Origin: an uncultured virus (IMG/VR IMGVR_UViG_3300009126_000274)
Taxonomy: Duplodnaviria; Heunggongvirae; Uroviricota; Caudoviricetes
Reading direction: 5' to 3' (one strand)
DNA: 64,000 nt
Virus record (IMG/VR): IMGVR_UViG_3300009126_000274
Location: 1-64,000 of that record
The notes under the pieces were generated by a model that was not told where the DNA came from, made no database searches, and saw only the letters and a list, made by a program, of their open reading frames with translations. Position numbers and translations under genes: made by a program. Below are positions 47,682 through 56,785 of this stretch, one piece after another. Position 1 is the stretch's first letter. Every line of letters starts with the position of its first letter.

Positions 47682-48169
47682 ACTTCCTTACCCCATCTCT
47701 CGATTTCGTCTGTTATATAGTCTGGCAAATCTGAAGGATCACCATCTATTTTATCATGTTCTATTTTAAACCAACCACCACTCTCTTCTCTAATGTCTAT
47801 ATCTTCATCTCTCCACCAATAGACACCAGCAAAATTATAAAACTCATCCACATAAGTCATGGTTAATTTAATATTTGGATCTAATCCGGATAAGTCTTCT
47901 GATAATATTCTAAAGAAATTGTTAGGCGAAATCCAGGCGGAAGTAATACTTACTTCTGTTCCCATGAATTCAGTGACGTTAGCTTTTCTAGGACCTATGT
48001 TGAATTCCATAAATTCAACGTCAGCATATTCATCATCAGGTAAGATGTGAGAATATTCTAGTCCTGTTTCACCGATTTCTTCCAACCAGTTAAATACATC
48101 TAGAAATGCTTCTTCTGACTCTTTGTTGCCTGATACGAATTTTATGGTGCTATAGACGTTGTTTGCCAT
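47672..48169 (-). CDS. Acidic hypothetical protein (ferredoxin-like/DUF1281-like C-terminus)
   Basis: SAW.SP...Y.DE..NFAG pattern. Confidence 0.6.
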   Translation of the reverse strand: MANNVYSTIKFVSGNKESEEAFLDVFNWLEEIGETGLEYSHILPDDEYADVEFMEFNIGPRKANVTEFMGTEVSITSAWISPNNFFRILSEDLSGLDPNIKLTMTYVDEFYNFAGVYWWRDEDIDIREESGGWFKIEHDKIDGDPSDLPDYITDEIERWGKEVCD

Positions 48170-48380
48170 TTTTCTTCCTTTGGTTGACGAATTCTTTTGC
48201 CATTTCTTTAGAGTACTCCTCTCCTACTTTTTTATCTGGATTAAATACAAAGTTCGTAAAAACTTCTTCTCCATCTCTAATATATGTTACCTTGTGCATA
48301 TGTTCTCCACAGCTTTCTCTACTGTATTCAACATTTGCGCCTAAAAATTCGTCTCCAAAAGAAGCAACTAGCACATTCAA
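48150..48380 (-). CDS. Hypothetical protein
   Basis: ORF overlapping neighbours. Confidence 0.5.
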   Translation of the reverse strand: MNVLVASFGDEFLGANVEYSRESCGEHMHKVTYIRDGEEVFTNFVFNPDKKVGEEYSKEMAKEFVNQRKKNGKQRL

Positions 48381-48583
48381 TCCTTGCGGAAATGTTTATC
48401 AATTGCTAATAGTTTATCTTCTGCCTCAGCAATCTTTATTAATTCTCCATCGATTGCTGCTATAATATCTGGGTGCTCTCCTATTCCTGCTGGATTTGTC
48501 AAGTAGACTATTATGTTAGCTTTGGCAGAGCCTATCTCACCATTGTATTTTGCTACTAAACCTTCTATTAATTGTTGTTTCAT
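48377..48583 (-). CDS. Conserved T4-like small protein
   Basis: AKANI.VYL.NPAGIGEHPDI..AI. Confidence 0.75.
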   Translation of the reverse strand: MKQQLIEGLVAKYNGEIGSAKANIIVYLTNPAGIGEHPDIIAAIDGELIKIAEAEDKLLAIDKHFRKD

Positions 48584-48596
48584 ATTCTTTCCTGTC

Positions 48597-48672
48597 TGGA
48601 GCTAGAGATAGGACTTGAACCTACGACCTGAGGTTTACAAAACCCCTGCTCTACCATCTGAGCTACTCTAGC
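48597..48672 (-). tRNA. tRNA-Thr(UGU) with encoded CCA
   Basis: GCTAGAG TAGCTCAGATGGTAGAGC AGGGG TTTTGTAAA CCTC AGGTC GTAGG TTCAAGT CCTAT CTCTAGC T CCA folds as a 76-nt cloverleaf. Confidence 0.96.
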
Positions 48673-48929
48673 ATTTAAATCTAGTAGGCCTTTTATTTTT
48701 GTTACAGTAGTCACGCATGCGCTTGTTATATACCTAGGACTCTGTTTATTTATCATAGTTTTTTCTCATCATAGTTATTTGTGGTGTTTTAGCACTGACG
48801 CAAAGGCAAACCACATACCTGTCTCACCTATTCTGTTGCCAATCCAGGTGGCAGATCCGAATCTAAGTCAAAATGTGCAGGGATACAGGAAAAAATTATC
48901 AAACTATATCCCTCCACGGTCAAGCATCC
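48673..48929 (-). ncRNA. Candidate structured RNA upstream of the tRNA
   Basis: Several stems and a possible pseudoknot in an ORF-free gap. Confidence 0.35.
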
Positions 48930-49199
48930 TTATGAAAAGCTAACGTTAGCTGCGTGTGCTGCTGCTACCATAGCTCGACTTGGGGTGCCAAGGCGATAAG
49001 TTGTATTACCTGCCTTGTTCACGTTGGTATAAATTGCATACCCTGCAGCTCTGAGTTCTGAAACTCTAGCTGGGAGTTGCTGAATACCAAGACGTGATCT
49101 AGCTTGTCCAATAGACAAGCTTTTGCCAGTGTTCAAAAAATTCAAGATTTTTTGAGGCTGACTTACCACTTTACGAGTTCCCATGTTATAGGCCTCCAT
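48930..49199 (-). CDS. Winged helix-turn-helix DNA-binding protein
   Basis: IL..L..G..L....A..R.GI..L.ARVSELR..GY.I......YRLG.PSR. Confidence 0.8.
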   Translation of the reverse strand: MEAYNMGTRKVVSQPQKILNFLNTGKSLSIGQARSRLGIQQLPARVSELRAAGYAIYTNVNKAGNTTYRLGTPSRAMVAAAHAANVSFS

Positions 49200-49210
49200 A
49201 TTATTGGTTA

Positions 49211-49555
49211 CTAAAGCGTCCCTTCATTTACAATCGTGTCAGATGAAACAGCAGGTGCTGCTACATTAACAGTTCTTGTAGACTTAGGAACATTACGATA
49301 CACAACCTTTTGCAATGCGTCCCTTACTTCAAATTGAGAAGATAACTCCTCATTTTGTAATAAGAATTTGGATGCGTCTTGCTTGGTCATGGCTTCCGGT
49401 AATTCACAAAACCAAGTATCGGTGTTGTCATTAGCCGTAAGTTTTTTAATACGAGAAACCATATCATTACCAAATCTAGCCTTAGTCTGGCCGGATGCTG
49501 TAACGCTATAGCCTGCGTATGTAAATAATTGTTCAGTCATAACAAATTTCTCCAT
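49211..49555 (-). CDS. Hypothetical early protein
   Basis: F..AG.S......K.RF.ND...R.K.L......ELP.AMTK; promoter upstream. Confidence 0.7.
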   Translation of the reverse strand: MEKFVMTEQLFTYAGYSVTASGQTKARFGNDMVSRIKKLTANDNTDTWFCELPEAMTKQDASKFLLQNEELSSQFEVRDALQKVVYRNVPKSTRTVNVAAPAVSSDTIVNEGTL

Positions 49556-49566
49556 TTAACATATAC

Positions 49567-49595
49567 ATTATAGACTCATACTAAGTATAAGTCAA
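49567..49595 (-). promoter_or_regulatory. sigma70-type promoter
   Basis: TTGACT-17 bp-TATAAT. Confidence 0.8.
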
Positions 49596-49619
49596 CTACC
49601 AATAGGACCAAAAAGCTAA

Positions 49620-49997
49620 TTAAGCAGCTTGTCTTAAAAGCCTCTCTATGAGTGGCTCTTTAGAATAAGATATACGATTTTTAAAACAGTAATAACCTGG
49701 GTCCTGGTCTGCATCATTAGCATCCATGTCCCATCTTAAGGCTGTTGGTATATCCCTAGCGCCCATTTGAACAAGTCCACGTAGGTGTGCTTTCCACGCT
49801 TTAAACGCTTCGGCTTCCATTACCCTTTCTTGCTCAAATATTTCATCGGCTTCTTTGGAAAGTCTATCATATGAGTCTCTGGCGTCTTCAACAGTTTCCC
49901 AGTCAGGGCAAAACCTACTACCATATGCGCTCTTATGTAGATCGCTATAATAGACTTGGATCTGTTCTAACTCTGTTAATTCGTCCCATTCTTTCAT
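49620..49997 (-). CDS. Hypothetical early protein ending in -AA
   Basis: Probable start at ATG 49997 (MKEWDEL); YYSDLHKSAYG.R; C-terminus LLRQAA. Confidence 0.7.
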   Translation of the reverse strand: MKEWDELTELEQIQVYYSDLHKSAYGSRFCPDWETVEDARDSYDRLSKEADEIFEQERVMEAEAFKAWKAHLRGLVQMGARDIPTALRWDMDANDADQDPGYYCFKNRISYSKEPLIERLLRQAA

Positions 49998-50028
49998 ATT
50001 CTTTACCTTTTTTCCAATTTGTACATAC

Positions 50029-50057
50029 ATTATGCACTCTGGCGAACCAAAAGTCAA
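50029..50057 (-). promoter_or_regulatory. sigma70-type promoter
   Basis: TTGACT-17 bp-CATAAT. Confidence 0.78.
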
Positions 50058-50650
50058 CCTTTTTCTGGTGTTATATCCTCTTGATTTGATTGTTTTTCTG
50101 CATAATGTAAGTAGGTAGTTAGTACATATTTGTCTGAATTTGTTGGATTTTTGCACTGATAAGGGTATTCCCACGTGGGTGGAAACACCACAGCTCTCCC
50201 TTTTCTGGGTTCAACTCCAACAGCTTGTCTTGGAAATTCTGTGTTGCCGTCATTATCTGACAGATACACTCTAAATGCTACGGCTCTAATAGAATCTGAA
50301 TTATCCATCACATCTATATGGCCTGCATAACTGTCCTCTGAATTTGCTCGGAACCTGGTAATAAGAATCTCTTCCATTCCCTGGTGAGCTATTAAATTTG
50401 GTATCTCTAGTTCTTCTAGATATTTGCCATAGAGTTTGGCAATTTGTTCAACTATTCCATTATGAAAGTCTTCTTCAAAATGGTATCTTGTGTATTCATA
50501 TCCGGTTGCTGTTAACCCTTGTTCATCTTCAACAGACTTATGAAGGTCTAAATTTAATTTAAATATGTTGATAAGGTCTTCACAGTTAGAGTCTGAAAAG
50601 ACACCATCAAATATTCTAAGGGCTCCTAATCTTGGGTTTGTTTTTTCCAT
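50054..50650 (-). CDS. 2OG-Fe(II) oxygenase-like protein (distal His apparently replaced)
   Basis: GHID, YLSD..G.TEF, P.KGR.VVFPPTWEYPY, KYVLTTYL. Confidence 0.75.
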   Translation of the reverse strand: MEKTNPRLGALRIFDGVFSDSNCEDLINIFKLNLDLHKSVEDEQGLTATGYEYTRYHFEEDFHNGIVEQIAKLYGKYLEELEIPNLIAHQGMEEILITRFRANSEDSYAGHIDVMDNSDSIRAVAFRVYLSDNDGNTEFPRQAVGVEPRKGRAVVFPPTWEYPYQCKNPTNSDKYVLTTYLHYAEKQSNQEDITPEKG

Positions 50651-50856
50651 ACTATTTTCACTCCACGTCTTACCAATTCATTAACATATTGTTGTCGTTT
50701 TTTTGGCTTTGTGTTATCATTATTTATAGCATCAAATAATGTCTTCTTTGATTGACATTTTAAATAATAGTGTTCTTCAACAGACCTATTTGTTGATCTT
50801 CCTGTTACTGGATCTTTGAGCCATTTCCTTCCACTGGGTTTAAATTTAGCTGGCAT
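50626..50856 (-). CDS. Conserved small phage protein
   Basis: MPAKFKPS...EHYY.K....KPK.RQ...NEL.RRG. Confidence 0.7.
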   Translation of the reverse strand: MPAKFKPSGRKWLKDPVTGRSTNRSVEEHYYLKCQSKKTLFDAINNDNTKPKKRQQYVNELVRRGVKIVWKKQTQD

Positions 50857-50940
50857 TATTTTTCCTTCTTTCGTCCCAACGACCAATATAGTATGAAACT
50901 ATACTCACTATTATAAAGTTCATTATCATATAATATTCCA

Positions 50941-51348
50941 TCACTTCTCCTTCATATTCTTAATTGCATTACCATTCTTTTTAATCTCTTCATCTTGAAG
51001 AGCATCTATAATTTTCTGTGCCTTCTCTTGTTTGGTATCAACATGTAAGTCCTCGTCAACTATTTTCTCTAATTTGAGAAATGCTATTCTTTCATTCTGT
51101 ACATATCTCCATGTATAACCGTCTGTTCCATATACACCAAATACCGTTTCTGTAATCCCTATCTTAACTATAAGTGCAGGGCAACCGTCTAATATTACTT
51201 TATCACCCTCTGCAAATGCTGGACTCATTTTAAATTTAATCCCTTTAACAAAGGACGTAGCCCAATCTCTTAATGCCAGCGCAACAATGAGCGTAAAGAC
51301 TGCTCCTAAGAATTCTACATAGAATTGACTTAGTTCTATATCAGGCAT
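50941..51348 (-). CDS. Truncated MscS-like membrane protein
   Basis: TM, then AL.D.......G......F..GDKV.LDG....IVKIG...T, matching the MscS TM3/beta-domain pattern. Confidence 0.6.
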   Translation of the reverse strand: MPDIELSQFYVEFLGAVFTLIVALALRDWATSFVKGIKFKMSPAFAEGDKVILDGCPALIVKIGITETVFGVYGTDGYTWRYVQNERIAFLKLEKIVDEDLHVDTKQEKAQKIIDALQDEEIKKNGNAIKNMKEK

Positions 51349-51707
51349 TATTTTTTCGTGTGATGTTCTGTTGATGTACTATTAACATATAAGCCAAACC
51401 AAGCTGCTCCTGCTCCTACTAACACTGATATTAAACCAGATTGTGCTACAGTAGGATCTGGCAATGCCATGAACCAATTTGCTGACTGATATAACAAGTA
51501 GATATACATCGTGATAAACACTCTAGGAAAAATTCTCCATCTACTAAAATATTCTGGTGCAACCCACATCCAGCCTCTCTTGTCAGGCTGTGCCCACCAA
51601 GGTCGTAAGTTGGGATCTGTACCGTCACCGTCTGCAGCAGTTTTCAGTGCATTGTAATCAGCTAAACTTATGCTAACATGATCGTCTGTTCTATTCTGTT
51701 CTGCCAT
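51348..51707 (-). CDS. Two-TM membrane protein (holin-like)
   Basis: WRIFPR + TM, PDPT.AQ + TM; late promoter at 51777-51784. Confidence 0.65.
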   Translation of the reverse strand: MAEQNRTDDHVSISLADYNALKTAADGDGTDPNLRPWWAQPDKRGWMWVAPEYFSRWRIFPRVFITMYIYLLYQSANWFMALPDPTVAQSGLISVLVGAGAAWFGLYVNSTSTEHHTKK

Positions 51708-52437
51708 TTGTAAATAACTCCGTATAATTTTTATGTCTAATCTTCACTTTCAATAAATGCTGGATTAGATCACTACTATTTATATTAGTTTTGAGCTTAG
51801 CAAAAGGGATATAACCCAATCTTAACCCTGGATCTTCAAAATCTGGTAAGTCTAACCTATCTTTTAATTTTCTATGAATAATTCTAGCTCTTTTCTTAAA
51901 TCCTATACCATCTATTTCAGGGCCGAGCCAAACATTAAATCCTGTTCTGGCGATAGTTTGTGGATGATATTGTTCTTTTTTAACACTTACATCACCAGAG
52001 AATACTATCTCTGCAAAATGTTTCCCTACATGTGGATAATTTATATACAAGTAACCAGGCTTCCTTGTTACAGTAAACTCCTCATAATCTGCTGGAAACA
52101 ATTCCATAAAACTAGGTCCTGATTCATAACCCCACCTAGGTGGATAACCAGCATCTACCAATTCATAATAATGAATAAGATGATTAAGCCTTGACATTTC
52201 TGGATCGTCTTCATGATCTGCAAAATATTCATGTAATTTATTGAGATCGTCTGTTGGTTCTTGCCCTAACATGTAGACTATTTTGTCTATTTCACCTTTG
52301 ATTTCTTCTTTTGTTTCGCCTAAATAAAAGAACTCTTTGGATTCATGCCTATGATCTTCTAAAAATTTCGTATATCTTTTGGCCACTACTGTTGGAAGTG
52401 GTTCCCATTCAATATCATTTATATTTAAAGTCGTCAT
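51691..52437 (-). CDS. Hypothetical protein
   Basis: Long ORF; probable start at ATG 52437. Confidence 0.7.
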   Translation of the reverse strand: MTTLNINDIEWEPLPTVVAKRYTKFLEDHRHESKEFFYLGETKEEIKGEIDKIVYMLGQEPTDDLNKLHEYFADHEDDPEMSRLNHLIHYYELVDAGYPPRWGYESGPSFMELFPADYEEFTVTRKPGYLYINYPHVGKHFAEIVFSGDVSVKKEQYHPQTIARTGFNVWLGPEIDGIGFKKRARIIHRKLKDRLDLPDFEDPGLRLGYIPFAKLKTNINSSDLIQHLLKVKIRHKNYTELFTNGRTE

Positions 52438-53794
52438 ATTTGTTCTCCTCTCTTCCCTTTTCAAATACCGGAACTTCAATGTTTGCATCTGTTAATTGTT
52501 GTTGTGCAGACGGGTCTAAATCAAATAATTTCATTTTTGCTCTGTCTACACCTATCATAAATCTTTTATTTCTTGTGGGGTCTGCATATCTATTTTTTAA
52601 TTGTTTAATCATAAACTGGCCCATCTGTTCTAATTCTTCTGTACTTATCATAGCAAACATTAAGTCTGCTGTTGCTGGTAATCCAAAACTTTCTGATGTA
52701 TCTGTCAAATCTATATCACTACTAGAAAACCCTGATCTTGTTGTCTGTGTTGCACTAAGAATAGGAACATTTTGTTCTACTGCTAATCCTCTTAATTCTT
52801 CTGCAATACTTTTAATAATAACATAAGTATTGGCCTGACTGCCTGGTCTAAATCTTTGACTCGTACATATATTTAAATAATCTATGAATATGATATCAGG
52901 AAAGAAATTTCTCTTTAACTTTAATTCATTTATTAATGCTTTAAAATGTCCTGTATGTGCTGATGCTGTAGGATATTCTTTTATAATAAGTCTGCCTTCT
53001 ATCTTTTTATTAATCTTATCTATCCTGTTATCAAACATCGCCTTGGATAAATCTTTTAACTCCATAATAGGTATATTCATTAGATTAGCGTCTATACGTT
53101 CAGCTATTCTTTCTTCTGCCATTTCTAGGGTAATATAGAGTACATTTTTACCCTTAGAGATGCAACTAGACGCCATATGGCACATAAAAAGGGATTTACC
53201 TACACCCGTGCCTGCTAATAATATGTTTAATGTTTTATTAGATAACCCGCCTTCTGTTATTCTATTAAACATATCTAAATCAAACTCTACTTTCTCTTCT
53301 AACCTATGATAATAATCATATCTTTTATTTGCGTCTTCTATAAAGTCATGTCCAATATTTGTATCAAATCCTACTGCCAGTGCTTCTGATAATATCTCAG
53401 GTAACGCATCTCTGCCTTGCTCTTTATTCTTTCCATCAAGTATTTGGATACTATCCATAACACCTAAGTATAATGCTTTATCCTTACAGAACTTTTCTGT
53501 TTCATCTACTAACCATTTCGTATCAGGCTTATCTTCTGTTAAAGAATTAACTAAATCTAAACAAACTTTATGAGTCTCTTCGTTTAAAGTCTTATCCTCA
53601 TTTAAGCTAAGAATTACAGCCTGTTTGTTTGGTGGATTATTATACTTTTCTACAAAATCACGAATAATTGTAAAAACTTTTTGGTCTTCATTATTCATAA
53701 AGTATTGAGCTTTCAGAAAGGGCATAACCTTCCTGACATACTGTTCAGAATGTATTAGGTTTTCTATTATTACTTGTTCAATTCTGTCCTTCAT
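52415..53794 (-). CDS. gp41: Replicative helicase (T4 gp41)
   Basis: Walker A AGTGVGKS, LEMAEERIAERID, IKEYPT, DYLNI, ATQTTRSG, SESFGLPATAD. Confidence 0.97.
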   Translation of the reverse strand: MKDRIEQVIIENLIHSEQYVRKVMPFLKAQYFMNNEDQKVFTIIRDFVEKYNNPPNKQAVILSLNEDKTLNEETHKVCLDLVNSLTEDKPDTKWLVDETEKFCKDKALYLGVMDSIQILDGKNKEQGRDALPEILSEALAVGFDTNIGHDFIEDANKRYDYYHRLEEKVEFDLDMFNRITEGGLSNKTLNILLAGTGVGKSLFMCHMASSCISKGKNVLYITLEMAEERIAERIDANLMNIPIMELKDLSKAMFDNRIDKINKKIEGRLIIKEYPTASAHTGHFKALINELKLKRNFFPDIIFIDYLNICTSQRFRPGSQANTYVIIKSIAEELRGLAVEQNVPILSATQTTRSGFSSSDIDLTDTSESFGLPATADLMFAMISTEELEQMGQFMIKQLKNRYADPTRNKRFMIGVDRAKMKLFDLDPSAQQQLTDANIEVPVFEKGREENKYDDFKYK

Positions 53795-53948
53795 CCATTT
53801 CCTTTACATACTCATTATATACTTCTGCTACACAATTTCCACAGATGTATGTCTCCTCCATATCATCATTATGGAAACAATATGCTTTGTCTTCTTCTAG
53901 ATTTAGTGCTTTCTCACACCTATCACACTTTGTCGTATTCTTGCTCAA
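53778..53948 (-). CDS. Small Zn-finger protein
   Basis: CDRC...CGNC; start uncertain. Confidence 0.55.
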   Translation of the reverse strand: MSKNTTKCDRCEKALNLEEDKAYCFHNDDMEETYICGNCVAEVYNEYVKEMDEGQN

Positions 53949-54990
53949 TGTCACTATCTGAAAACTCTTTTTGCATGTCTCCAGCTCCCAAACTATATCT
54001 ATTTTCAACCCATTTGTTGAATCCTTCATCCTCTAACAAAGGTATCCAAAAATCACTACCCATGTCTTTAAGTCTAACTTTCACTTCAGGAGCGATTTCT
54101 CCTGTTTCGGGATTCTGTTTTTGATACCATCCAACAGTAGGTTTAATAACATATCCAGATTCTAATCCCATTTCTAATAAACCAGACCAAGGACTAATAC
54201 CCTCTTCCCAGGAAACTTGCACAATTATCTTAGACTTCTCTCTAACAAATCTAGACTTTTCAACATTTATTACAAATTCATAACCTGTAACTTCTGTTCC
54301 TGTTTTTTGTTGCCTTCTGCCTATAATATAAATGTTGTCTGCTGAATAATATATACCTGTTCCACCACTTACAACGTCTTTAGGAAACAATCCTATTTCT
54401 TTATATGTGTGATTAACCACAATCGCTGGTATATCTTTTATAGTTAAATGAGGTGTAATCATTCTAAACAGTGACTTCATTTGTTTAGCTCTTGTCATAT
54501 CTGCTACTGATTTACCCTCTAAAGCATCTTCTACTTCTTTTTTACTTGCCAAGTTACCCACACTATCAACAATAATCATTACATGGTCGTCTCTTTCTAA
54601 ACCATTCAACTGTTGCATAGCATCGTGTTTTAATTGTTCTATGTCTGATATTGGACTGTGGATTACCCTATTGGTGTCTATTTTAAATGTATCAAAATAT
54701 GCCTGTGGTGCTCCAAACTCACTATCATAAAACAAAATAACACCATCTTTATATTTGTCTAAATATGCTTTAGCCAACAACATAGCAAATGCTGTTTTAA
54801 AATGTTTACTTGGTCCTGCAAATACAGTTAATCCTGTTGTAAGACCTCCGTCTAATTTTCCACTCAACGCAACATTAACTGCAGGTACAGATGTCTGTAT
54901 TATATCCTGTTCGTTAAAAAATTTGGAATCAGTTAAGACTTCAGATTGTTTAATCGTCGTGTTTTTCTTTAATTTATCTATTAGGTTCAT
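53923..54990 (-). CDS. uvsX: RecA-like recombinase UvsX
   Basis: AGPSKHFKT, FYDSEFG, DSVGNLASKKE, DMTRAK, GGTG.YYSAD, EKSRFVREK. Confidence 0.97.
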   Translation of the reverse strand: MNLIDKLKKNTTIKQSEVLTDSKFFNEQDIIQTSVPAVNVALSGKLDGGLTTGLTVFAGPSKHFKTAFAMLLAKAYLDKYKDGVILFYDSEFGAPQAYFDTFKIDTNRVIHSPISDIEQLKHDAMQQLNGLERDDHVMIIVDSVGNLASKKEVEDALEGKSVADMTRAKQMKSLFRMITPHLTIKDIPAIVVNHTYKEIGLFPKDVVSGGTGIYYSADNIYIIGRRQQKTGTEVTGYEFVINVEKSRFVREKSKIIVQVSWEEGISPWSGLLEMGLESGYVIKPTVGWYQKQNPETGEIAPEVKVRLKDMGSDFWIPLLEDEGFNKWVENRYSLGAGDMQKEFSDSDIEQEYDKV

Positions 54991-55780
54991 TACCTCTCCT
55001 TATTCTGTTTGCATCTACCGCAACTTTTAAAATATTATCACTATTATAGCACAGCGACGAAGTGTGAGTCAAGTCTTTAGGTAAACAAGTACCACCAAAT
55101 CCTACCTTTCCGTCTGGTCCTGGTACTGCCCAATGTGTTTTACCCAAATTAGGATCATTACTAAAAAAGTCTGAAATCACATCGTAATCCATATCCCAAG
55201 CATCACATATATTTTTAAATTCATTTGCTAAACCTACTTTAACAGCAAGTGCTGCATTTCTTGCTATTTTTATCATTGCTGCTTCTTCTGGTTTAATATG
55301 ACACCATATATTTTTGTGGCATTCAATAGTTTCTATAAAATGATCCATTTGATACCCACCTACTACCAATGGTAACTCTGGGTTATCAATATCTTCTTTC
55401 CAATGCCTTTCTCTTAAAAACTCTGGCCATATAATTGCTCCATAACTTTTAGTGTATTGAGCTGTTTGATCAGGACCAATTGTGCTCCTTATAACTATTC
55501 TATTTACTTTTTTATAGACGTTCTTACATACTTCATCTATTATAGAAGTATCTAATTTACTAGGCCAAACTGCTGATCCTGTTTTTTCTTTTTCAGGATC
55601 AACCAACAGATTTGTAGGAACACATATAATAGCATAATCTATGCCCCACCAATCTTCTATTCTTTTATCTAGAGCAGGATCATGAATTAATACACCAGGA
55701 CTTCCTTTAACATGATTCTTAAAGAAATACTCTGTAGCTTTACCTACAAAACCATAACCTACTATCGCTATTTTAGCCAT
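54974..55780 (-). CDS. UDP-glucose dehydrogenase-like protein lacking the C-terminal domain
   Basis: GYGFVG, ICVPT, IRST, PEFLRE, GFGGTCLPKD. Confidence 0.85.
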   Translation of the reverse strand: MAKIAIVGYGFVGKATEYFFKNHVKGSPGVLIHDPALDKRIEDWWGIDYAIICVPTNLLVDPEKEKTGSAVWPSKLDTSIIDEVCKNVYKKVNRIVIRSTIGPDQTAQYTKSYGAIIWPEFLRERHWKEDIDNPELPLVVGGYQMDHFIETIECHKNIWCHIKPEEAAMIKIARNAALAVKVGLANEFKNICDAWDMDYDVISDFFSNDPNLGKTHWAVPGPDGKVGFGGTCLPKDLTHTSSLCYNSDNILKVAVDANRIRRGNEPNR

Positions 55781-55958
55781 TCTTAATTCTTCGTTCAAGT
55801 ATTTCAATTTGACTATCCTTTTTCTTTTGCCAGGCGGTCTCATTTCTATCTTTACCGTTACTCATCTTTTTAGCTGTAAATTTGGAAGCTTTTAATCTTT
55901 CTAAAGCTCCTTCTCTTCTTTCCTTACGGCCAAACTTTCTATCTTTTCCGTGTCTCAT
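55773..55958 (-). CDS. Small basic protein
   Basis: MRHGKDRKFGRKERREGALERL...; SD GGAG. Confidence 0.6.
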   Translation of the reverse strand: MRHGKDRKFGRKERREGALERLKASKFTAKKMSNGKDRNETAWQKKKDSQIEILERRIKNG

Positions 55959-56058
55959 CTTCTCTCCAAAAATCATTTTCAAAAGCAACTTGAATACCAA
56001 CATATATCGCCGTATTGACAAGTATTAATACTAAAAACATAACCCAACCTGAAATCAT
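55939..56058 (-). CDS. 39-aa single-TM peptide (not in ORF track)
   Basis: MISGWVMFLVLILVNTAIYVGIQVAFENDFWREDETRKR; ATGA overlap with the upstream gene. Confidence 0.5.
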   Translation of the reverse strand: MISGWVMFLVLILVNTAIYVGIQVAFENDFWREDETRKR

Positions 56059-56711
56059 TTAATAAAAACTCCTAACCAAAAATCTTTTTTATCTGACATA
56101 TCAACTCCACCTGCATAAGTTTGTACAATCCAATCATCCATATTTTCTGTTCCTCCGTATCCGCCTATTGGTACCATCTCAGAAAACTCTTCTCGTTTCT
56201 TTGAATACTCATAAAATTTATCTAATTTCATAGGTGTAGTTTCTATTGCTTTAATAACATCTGCTCCCTTAGGACCACAATTAACCTGAAGAGGATATTC
56301 TATGCCTATATCAGAGTGAGCATTACCTGACATAGCCCAATCTATTTCTAATGATGTACCACTTGTTTCTTTTCTTAAACTTTCCACAATTAATACCTTT
56401 GGTTTAGATATATTGATAATCTGTTCCAACAAATGAAATGGACTATGCAAATGATATAATAATCCCATACACAGAACAACATCAAATTCATGGCCGAGCC
56501 ATTGTTTATAATAATCATTAGCTGTGCCATAAAAATCTGGTGTAATATCTCCACTTGGATCATATCTTATATGTGGGTCTACTGTAAATAAACTGTCTGC
56601 ATATTCATTAACAAGTTCTGAGTGAACACCAGTAGAAGCGCCAAATTCAATAACACTTTTATTTGATGCATACTTTTCAAATACCTCTCTCAGAAAAGTA
56701 GAATACTTCAT
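56055..56711 (-). CDS. Class I SAM-dependent methyltransferase
   Basis: VIEFGASTG, FDVVLCMGLLYHL.SP..LLE. Confidence 0.82.
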   Translation of the reverse strand: MKYSTFLREVFEKYASNKSVIEFGASTGVHSELVNEYADSLFTVDPHIRYDPSGDITPDFYGTANDYYKQWLGHEFDVVLCMGLLYHLHSPFHLLEQIINISKPKVLIVESLRKETSGTSLEIDWAMSGNAHSDIGIEYPLQVNCGPKGADVIKAIETTPMKLDKFYEYSKKREEFSEMVPIGGYGGTENMDDWIVQTYAGGVDMSDKKDFWLGVFIK

Positions 56712-56785
56712 ACTATATAATTCCACACAAGGATTGCAATAAACGCTCCAAACAGTATATTATAAATTATAATATCTAAATTCAT
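56708..56785 (-). CDS. 25-aa single-TM peptide (not in ORF track)
   Basis: MNLDIIIYNILFGAFIAILVWNYIV; ATGA overlaps with both gp43 and the methyltransferase. Confidence 0.5.
   Translation of the reverse strand: MNLDIIIYNILFGAFIAILVWNYIV

Noticed and set aside
48673..48929. tmRNA
   Set aside because: No tRNA-Ala-like ends and no tag frame ending in an AA-type degron were found.
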